A stretch of DNA of 64,000 bases from the NCBI GenBank assembly GCA_964658305.1, contig OZ210885.1, positions 1,922,001 through 1,986,000 on the forward strand, given 5' to 3'. This DNA is from Leptogorgia sarmentosa (taxonomy: Eukaryota). Below, one piece after another: positions 55,201 through 64,000 of the stretch; the first letter of the stretch is position 1, and each line of letters begins with the position of its first letter. The notes under the pieces are model-generated. The model was given only the letters and a program-made list of their open reading frames with translations. It was not told the origin of the DNA and did not search any database. The translations under genes and the position numbers were made by a program.

Positions 55201-57188
55201 ATGGCGGCGTTCGAGGAGTGAAGGCGATGTTCGATCGGATTTTTGCGAAAATGTGAAGTGCAGTGTTTAAGTATGACGGTTTAAGCAAACAATCTTGACT
55301 TTGCAGGTCCGTGTCAATGTGCAGTTGTAATTTACCAAAAGATTTGAAACGGCAGCGTGCTGTTTTATCGGCGTTTCGATTTGTAATTTGAAAATGCGTA
55401 CAGAGCACACTGTCCAGATGGCCGACCCATGAACGGTTTTGTCACAGCACGCTATATAAAAACTGGATACATTCTGTTGAAGTAGCCTGTTCGCAAGTTA
55501 AATCTAATCATATTCAAGATGGCGGTCAAAAATGAAATAAGGCCAAAACGATATAATTAAATAATTTAATGACATTTACATGTAATATTAGGTAATCCCA
55601 CGATATTCAGTATAAAGCCATAGTTTTATGCATATTGGAGGCACAAAGAAAGTTCTTTCCCAAGGAATTTCCTCGTATTTTTCACGAAAGAGTCGAAGGA
55701 GGACGGTGAGAAATGCTGTATATGAGAACAGTCAACACTAACTAAACATCGCATATTTAATAAGACAGCATGCTGATTTAGGAAATCTGTTTGAGTATAG
55801 TTCTAGGTTTTAATGTTTTGTGCGTTAGGCTGTTAGCTTTGGGGTTCGATTAGTTTCATATTTAGGGTTAGCTTTAGTTTATGTTCATTTATTGCTTGCA
55901 AACCAATACTTTAGCGGCAGATTTAAGCGCAACCTAGACTTTTTAGCATGTCCGATTGCGCTTTCCGACGACTCATCCGTCAGTTCTGCTTCACCATTCA
56001 CAGATACATGTGCGCTTTGCGAACCTATTTTTTCAACATCCCAGACATTGTGAAAGTGTTAAAAAGCAAGGATAGTCAAGGAAGAACCGAAAACAATTTT
56101 TTTGAGTGAAGAAAACTGAAAATAATTTTGTCAAGCGCATTGCGCATGCGCGTACGTCAAAATTTGTTCTCTTCGTTGTTTTCAACATCCCAGACATTGT
56201 GAAAGTGTTAAAAAGCAAGAATAGTCAAGGAAGTTGAGATAGTTAAGTGAAAAAAACCGAAAAGAATTCGTCAAGTGCCCTACCATCCGCACAGAACGAG
56301 TCTGGTAGATCGCCAGTAGGGACTTACTAAGGCAACCGGAACGCATCGGGGATACCCGCTATATCTTGACTGGTACAAATGCATGACTTTGACATTCAGG
56401 AACACTCAGAGAGCAGGGAGATGCAGATCGGCCCCTAGACCATATGTGATAAGCACCTTGTCCTTTAGCGAAAGGCAATGTCGTAGCATGAGAACCAATA
56501 AGCTATATTCCGGATTTGTATTTAACTACGTCACACTCTTGTGGCGTGGTTGTTGTGGGACTCGTTTGGTGAATTTCATTGCGCATGCGCGTACGTCAAA
56601 ATTTGTTTTCTTCGTTTTTTCAACATCCCAGACTTTGTGAAAGTGTTAAAAAGCAAGGATAGTCAAGGAAGAACCGAAAACAATTTTTTTGAGTGAAGAA
56701 AACCGAAAATAATTTTGTCAAGCGCATTGCGCATGCGCGTACGTCAAAATTTGTTCTCTTCGTTGTTTTCAACATCCCAGACATTGTGAAAGTGTTAAAA
56801 AGCAAGAATAGCAAAGGGAGAAACGAAAAAAAATTTTTTGAGTGAAAAAGCCCCAAAATAATTTTGTCAAGGTCAGAACGAGTCTGGTAGATCGCCAGTA
56901 GGTTACTTGCAAACCAATACTTTAGTGGTAGATTTAGGGGAACGTCAGTTCTGCTTCACCATTCGCAGATACATGTGCGCTTTGTGCGTTAGGCTTTGGG
57001 GTTCGATTAGTTTCATATTTAGGGTTAGCTTTAGTTTAGGTTCATTTATTGCTTGCAAACCAATACTTTAGCGGTAGATTTAAGCGCAACCTGGACTTTT
57101 TAGCATGTCCGATTGCGCTTTCCGACGACTCATCCGTCCGTTCTGCTTCACCATTCGCAGATACATGTGCGCTTTGCGAACCTATTTT
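52259..57188 (+). mobile_element. Tandem array of ~930-960-bp Helentron-associated (HINE/DINE-1-like) elements: 4 full units plus fragments
   Basis: Units start at about 52259, 53189, 54151 and 55081. Each has a T-run, the palindrome tatctgcgaacgcagata (one mismatch in unit 4), a (gttagct)n microsatellite, a subterminal ttcgcagata and the 3' stem-loop gtgcgc-ttt-gcgaac plus a T-run. Absent at the paralogous site near 43483. Confidence 0.8.
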
Positions 57189-58745
57189 TCTATTAGCTGC
57201 GCACGGAACAAAAATGTATTGCATTTTCGCGCACCGCGGGGTACAACCTCCTATCCAACGAGGATCAAGACCCTGGGTACGATGTTGCGCGGGGTAACGT
57301 TTCTCCGTGCGTAATACAAAAGTATACAAAAATTACTAAATCCACAAGGTCATATTTTCTTTACCTTACAATATTTCGCAACCAAACTTTGCAACCTTAC
57401 TGCCCTCAGGATGCTGATTTCTTATTTTAAATTGTTTTAAATTTCGTCTATAAGGTTAGTCTGAGAGGTACATTAAAATGACTTGCATGAGCGTAGAATG
57501 CTGTTGGAAGATTGATTATCGATCGATTCAGCGACTGCTCTAAGATTACTCAAAACTTGGCAATGATTTCATAAGTCATGGTTCCTCATTATTTGTAATG
57601 TACTGTATGCTGGTGAAATTTCGCTTGGTGACGTAAGTTAACACGTCTATGTACAATTGTCTCGCGAATTCAGCATATTAAAGCATAAAGCTTCGAAAAT
57701 TCTCACTCGCTGTTTTTAATTTACCTATAATTAAACTGACATCTATCTTGACATCCAAAATCAGGGGCGCACATTTGAAGAATTTCTTTTTGAATTTTCA
57801 ATATTGAAATTTTGTTCAATATTGAATAGCTATATTAAATATCCCCGGAAATGGCCATTTCAGAGTCGTAACTCTGCTCTTTCGACGGTTTGTTCAGGTG
57901 TTGAATGATCATGAAGGATTAAGAAAATCATCTCTTATTTAGTAGTTCGCCCATTTCCTCCATTCGTTCAATGACTCGCGGACGACTTATGAGACCGACA
58001 ATTCTCACAATTTTGGATGAAATGTGGACGACATTCTCCGATACTTGAAAAGCTTGGGGGTGTCGCCCCCGCCCCCCCCCCACACCCCCTAATGTGCTCC
58101 CCTAACTACAATCATGTACTTCGTGTTTTAAATGTATCCATTACAAGCCCATCTTTTACATATTCTTTTTTACAGAGAGTAAACTTTCAGAGTTTCTCAG
58201 CTTTTCCCTTTGAGCCCTTTCATGCCAGCAGTCCACGGTTTTGGCAGTCGTATGTCCTAACGTTAATCATATCTAGGTACACACATAAACACAATGATAA
58301 CTATGATTCCGGATAAACAGAAATTCCAGTGATCATCTTAGCTGTGATTCTCAATCTCTGAAATGAAAGAAAATCACAACTGAGGTTCATTTGAGGTGAA
58401 TTTAGGGATACAATATGCTAATTTTTTCATACCCATAGAGAAGACGGTATATTGATTTGTATATTGAATGTTTTTATCCTGACTTACCCCTTTTCATTAT
58501 ATTGGAAAGCCAATCGTCTTTGTAATAATGCTTGGACCATAATACCTTTCGTTTTGCACCTAATTGGAACAAATACATCGTTTCATAACAAACGAGTTAA
58601 CTTTACTCCGCAGCATGCAACACAAATCAATGCACTACTGTAGATTCGCCAGCTGAAAACTGAACGTGGTTTAATACAGTGTCCTACTTGTTGACAAAAA
58701 CAGACGTATTTACTTAGCTACGCAACTATATGTGAGATAATATCC

Positions 58746-59880
58746 TCTACAATCAATCATTCGTCAACGTTTAATCATTCGTCTACAATCAATCAATCAT
58801 TCATCAACAATCAATCATTCGTCTACAATCAATCATTCATCGACAATCAATCATTCGTCAACAATCAATCATTCATCAACAATCAATCATTCGTCTACAA
58901 TCAATCATTCGTCAACAATCAATCATTCATCAACAATCAATCATTCGTCTACAATCAATCATTCATCAACAATTAATCATTCGTCAACGTTTAATCATTC
59001 GTCTACAATCAATCAATCATTCATCAACAATCAATCATTCGTCTACAATCAATCATTCATCGACAATCAATCATTCGTCAACAATCAATCATTCATCAAC
59101 AATCAATCATTCGTCTACAATCAATCATTCGTCAACAATCAATCATTGATCAACAATCAATCATTCGTCTACAATCAATCATTCATCAACAATCAATCAT
59201 TCGTCAACAATCAATCAATCATTCATCAACAATCAATCATTCGTCAACAATCAATCAATCATTCATCAACAATCAATCATTCATCAACAATCAATCATTC
59301 ATCAACAATCAATCATTCGTCTACAATCAATCATTCATCAACAATCAATCATTCGTCAACAATCAATCATTCGTCAACAATCAATCATTCGTCTACAATC
59401 AATCATTCGTCTACAATCAATCATTCATCGACAATCAATCATTCGTCAACAATCAATCATTCATCAACAATCAATCATTCGTCTACAATCAATCATTCGT
59501 CAACAATCAATCATTGATCAACAATCAATCATTCGTCTACAATCAATCATTCATCAACAATCAATCATTCGTCAACAATCAATCAATCATTCGTCTACAA
59601 TCAATCATTCGTCTACAATCAATCATTCGTCAACAATCAATCATTCGTCAACAATCAATCATTCATCAACAATCAATCATTCGTCTACAATCAATCATTC
59701 ATCAACAATCAATCATTCGTCTACAATCAATCATTCGTCTACAATCAATCATTCGTCAACAATCAATCATTCGTCAACAATCAATCATTCGTCTACAATC
59801 AATCATTCGTCTACAATCAATCATTCGTCAACAATCAATCATTCGTCTACAATCAATCATTCGTCTACAATCAATCATTC
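58746..59880. repeat. 18-bp minisatellite (acaatcaatcattcgtc[t/a])n, about 60 units, in the last coding intron of gene 6
   Basis: Directly visible tandem units, with occasional 22-bp variants. Confidence 0.97.
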
Positions 59881-60964
59881 CATAAAATGAATGATTTAAT
59901 CGTCGCAGAAATATTGTCTTACCTGTGTTACAAAATTAGGCGCGCCAGGCCCGGACCATCCAAGAAGTGCGTACGAACTTCTGACTTTCCCCCTCAATGG
60001 GTTCTGGGCTCCAACCTTTATTAATGCGTTGTAAGCCGCTGTACTCATTTTTGAACTACCCTCGTCTTGAATGGCAATCAAAACTACCAGTCTGAAATAA
60101 AATTTGAGTTATGTTGGCTCAATACTATTAGGAATTATAGGCGACTGCTTTGAAACAATATATTCCAGGTAAAGGATATGAGATTTACATCCAATTACAA
60201 CTAAAAATATTAGTTTCACGAATTAGGCTTTAAAAAACATTGGTGTTAGAGGAAAGCCTGAAAAACAGGTGTTTCCATCGAGCAAAGAGATAACATCTCG
60301 CCGTTTTCTGTTCCACTATATCTAGATACATAACTGTATGACGTTATAATATGGAAAGAACAAAATTAATAATTAGCTACGGAATTTGAATCGCCCTTAT
60401 ACTGTTTATAAACTAAGGATTTTGTACGTCGTTTTCGAACTGATGTGAATTTTTAAAAAATAATACAGTATAATGATATCATTTCTCTTCCATTACCTTG
60501 GCGCTATAGTGTCTAGGAAATTAATCATGCGGTCATCAGCGTTGTCATCTTCGTGTGTGTCAAACGATACAGACTTTTGGACATTTCCTGCCAAAAATTA
60601 CGTCATTTGATAGCATTATTGGCCTGTTGATTTTATTGGGTTTCAGCTTTTATGTATTGCACGTTTTAGAAATCGTTTTTTATATGCAGGATGATTTCTG
60701 GATCGGAACTTAAAAACTTATCTACGAACAATGTTGAAAACTGTTTCATGGCGGTCGAACTTAAAAACAGTGACGAATTAACAAGTTTTTTAAAACGTGT
60801 TCGAGTCACGTTGAACAAAATGTGACTTCAAAATCGCTTTTTCTTCTATTTTTCAAGTAGGAATTATGCTTTGACATTCTCGGCCTACAAATGTTCAGGG
60901 CCATGCCAAAATACCTGTATCGGCATTGATGGTGACCAAGTTGTAACCACGACTATGTCGAGAG

Positions 60965-62257
60965 AACAGGTGGGAAATTTGTCGGCGCTGACCAAAAAAT
61001 CGCGGGCACATTGTGTTTACATTCCAAAACATGGCAGAAAGTTAGCAAACGACTGTTTTAGCTGACGAATTTTTGCTTTTTATTCAAATGATGTCTAACT
61101 TAGTGCTTAATCTTTTAAAACCGATCATGAATTCCTTGTCTTGCGGTGGTTTTTTTTGCAATCGAGTGCGTGGAAGAAGTAAATATGGCGACGTTAAAAT
61201 AGGAGCAAATGAGTGGCAAATACCGTAAATGTCGAGATGTGGCTTGTTTGAAACCGTAATCAACGAGGAAAACGTGATATGAGAATGAAATGAAAGTTGA
61301 AATTATTCTTTTTATTTCTCAAATTTCCCATAATTTGTTTGTTAGTGTAACTTGTGCGATTTATACTCGAAGTACTAGCTCGCGAAATTTGACGAATTTT
61401 GAAAATTTGTGAAAATAGCTTGACTTTGAACTGTATTTTTGTAAAAATCGCCGGTGGCCTCAATTTCAAATATAGCTAAATGAAAAGAAACACTTCTTTG
61501 GCGTTTAGTGGTACCAAACCTATCAACAGGAAAATAGGGCCTCATGATGCTTTAGTTAAGTGTTTGAGACCCACTTGCTTCACACGTATTGTGGACAAAT
61601 TCTGGCCAAGAATCAAAGGCCCAAAAGTGAATTTACATCATCAAATCTGCTTCGAGAAAGGTCTAGTTTAAAAATATAGCTTTTAATTTAGATTTCGTGA
61701 GCATAATTTGGCTAGAAATGAAATATTTTTGTATTTGATGGGATTCAAAATTTTGGGTTTATTCAAGTCAGGCTTCAGTGTAATTATAATGATAACCGGC
61801 AATGAAATGAAGATATTTCAAAAACTGGCGGTGGCCTCACGATGAAACATTCCAAAAATACTCTCCACTTCATGTATTTTCTTGTGATACTTTAATTGTA
61901 AGCGTCAAAATAGGGCCTTGAACAGTCCCGGGGTTTGTATTTTAGTCTTCGGTAGAAGTGAAATCTCACGCCTCATCACAAGTTATTTTGCTCCGCCGTG
62001 ATTTGTGCTCTGTCGCTGATATTTAAACCTTTACGACATAAATATTGTCATCCTCGTTACGATACGAACATTTCACAGAAAATTCTAATTATTGCAGATT
62101 AACTTGTGACTGTAAACAGTAGGTAGAAGTATGCCATTCAGAATCGACACAAGATTTGTTTTGATTGTTCGTGAAATGTACATTTCTTCTTCCCGCAAAA
62201 TACACGCACGTCTCGTGGGGATTTCCCGCGCATGCTCAGTCAATTTTCCCACCTGTT
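60965..62257. mobile_element. Non-autonomous DNA transposon with a 9-bp TSD (Mutator- or Merlin-like) inserted in a coding exon of gene 6
   Basis: TIR aacaggtgggaaa / tttcccacctgtt. TSD tgtcgagag at 60956-60964 and 62258-62266. Removing the element and one TSD restores a 147-nt exon like those of the paralogs. Confidence 0.92.
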
Positions 62258-64000
62258 TGTCGAGAGTAGTTTTTTCCGTTCACCTGAATAATTCCAAAAC
62301 CACAATTTCCTGAGAGTCCTGGATCATCGCAACCTTCACTCCTTATGTAAATATCCAGGTATCCTGCAAAACGATGTCACAAATGCGGCCTGAATCGAGC
62401 AGATTGAATGTAATTCTGACCTAATAATTCATTGTTATTAAATTTATTAATAAATTATATGCTACCCTGCCTAAAATGTTGTGAATACTGCCTTTGAAAG
62501 AAGATTATTTATAGAAAAGTAAAACTACTGACCAAATTACCACAAAGTATGACCAAAAGTTTTGGTTGCTGTATAAGAGTATTTTCAGAAAAACAAAACA
62601 ACGGACACTTGGGAAATTGAAAATATTTTGATACTTTATGTTTCGACCATAAGTTTTGGCAAAAATCAAAATAAATTACATCCATCGAATGAAATTTTGA
62701 CATTTCGCCTCAAGAGGTTTCAAGTAAGACTTAAGAACTGTTCTCAATCCACTGGAAACAAGTCACAGACATTGCAAAGAAAGCATTCAAAAGGTCATCT
62801 GTATGTGACAATATTCAACTCCGACAATATTCAAATACCAAAACAAAAAAATCCCAATCCTTGCACTACAATCCTTTTCAGTTGAAATGAGTGCATTTCA
62901 AAGCTCTGCTAATGGTTCTCTTTATTAATCATAGCTACATAAAATATTTTTTGAAGACTGCACCCCCCCCCCCCCCCTCCCCCCGATAGAGCGCCGCCTT
63001 TGAGCAAGCGCTGCATCTGAGACACTGAAAATTTAAAGAGCGCCGCGGTGCTTGAACGTCGAGCAAATACGGCAGTAATTTAAACATTATACATGAAGCT
63101 CGATAAATGAAACAGATCGATAATTGGGGGACAATGAGTTCTTGTTGGAACAAAAATGACTTTTTAATTTATAGCTATATACCTGCTATATTGTCCTTTG
63201 ATGGTGTTGATTCCTACAGCAAAAAAAGGAGTGTTTTCACCCAATCGACAGTTCGTGTCTAGTAACGAAGAGGCAACGACATGCTGTCATTGCATGATAT
63301 AAGATCGTGTCATAATTAAAATAGCCATCTTACTGCAAACAAACTTTTATACATTACGTCACAATGGTCAATTATTTTCAGAGCTTCATACATGCATAAA
63401 GTAGAAAATGTATTTGGGCCTAATTAAGAATTTATGACTTGCAGCTTTTAGACAAATCCAGTATGAAAAATAAAAAATCTGTATTAGCTAATTACTCACG
63501 GTTTTTACATTTTGATAAAAAGACCACTCTCCACTTCCATGATCTTCTTTTCGTTGATCGATATGAGTTTTATTGCTGAGTTGGCAGTTTACTGCATATT
63601 TATTAGAGTTGGGACTGTAGTTGTAAGCCACACAGGTTGATTTTTGAAGACACCATAAAGAACATTCAATTTCGGAATGAACAGCGTGACTGGATATGAT
63701 ATCTTCTGGGGCCAATGACTCCGCTGTTTTATAAAAACGAATTTCTTGTTGTCAATAAATATCCATTGTACTGCTGGAACATTGTATAAGATGCTGCGTA
63801 TATCATCTCGCGTAACCAGGATTAAATGAAGCGTAAAATGATTTTGAGGTATTGAAATGAGTCATCGCATGAAACGAAACAAAACGTATTACGCAAGATC
63901 CATCTGGTACTATGAACAATGAAACAGGTAAATTTTATAAAATTCAATGCCCAACAACATTATTCAGTTTTACCTGTTCAACATTTGAGCAGAAATTTCG

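Larger units (their letters stand above)
34484..57327. repeat. Recent tandem segmental duplication containing genes 4 and 5 (about 34484-43556 versus 44458-57327)
   Basis: Colinear, near-identical introns and spacers from ttgtgtgtttgcgtctcaacaac to taatacaaaagtatac. The copies differ mainly by copy-specific insertions and deletions. Confidence 0.9.
58497..63723 (-). pseudogene. Gene 6: PAN/apple-like (type B) + ILEI/GG-type lectin gene, coding exon interrupted by a transposon; 5' exon not found in window
   Basis: Exons 63723-63500, 63213-63183, 62363-62258 + 60955-60915 (one 147-nt exon split by the insertion), 60587-60497, 60091-59923 and 58559-58497. The PAN exon is nearly identical to that of gene 2. 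No other disabling mutation was seen. Confidence 0.7.

Noticed and set aside
52380..55408. Four repeated 73-aa ORFs (MLCTHFQ..)
   Set aside because: They fall inside the tandem non-autonomous element units and show no recognisable protein motif.
59146..59885. Two 123-aa ORFs with STINHS / QSII repeats
   Set aside because: They are translations of an intronic 18-bp minisatellite, antisense to gene 6, with no coding evidence.
60965..62257. Insertion as a perfectly spliced introner
   Set aside because: Splicing from the TIR donor to the nearest downstream AG gives a net +2 frameshift.
63724..64000. Leader exon of gene 6
   Set aside because: There is an in-frame stop just upstream of the PAN exon, and the donor-like site at 63974 has a stop in the required phase. 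The exon probably lies outside the window.

Overview
AT-rich eukaryotic genomic DNA; the repeat content suggests a cnidarian or other marine invertebrate (inference). The window holds a head-to-tail tandem array of six intron-containing paralogs on the minus strand, reconstructed by hand from GT-AG boundaries and exon phases. All encode a PAN/apple-like cysteine domain, a short linker exon and a C-terminal lectin-type module, and genes 1-5 also have an N-terminal hydrophobic leader exon. In gene 1 the module is an EPN/WND C-type lectin domain. In genes 2-6 it is an ILEI/PANDER (GG-type lectin) domain. Genes 4 and 5 form a recent ~10 kb duplication with near-identical introns but ligand-loop exons full of amino-acid replacements. 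Gene 6 has a transposon with a 9-bp target-site duplication (TSD) inside a coding exon, and its first exon was not found. Introns and spacers carry Penelope-like retroelement remnants with hammerhead ribozyme motifs, a LINE tail, several MITE families with clear TSDs, Helentron-associated (HINE/DINE-1-like) elements including a tandem array, and minisatellites.
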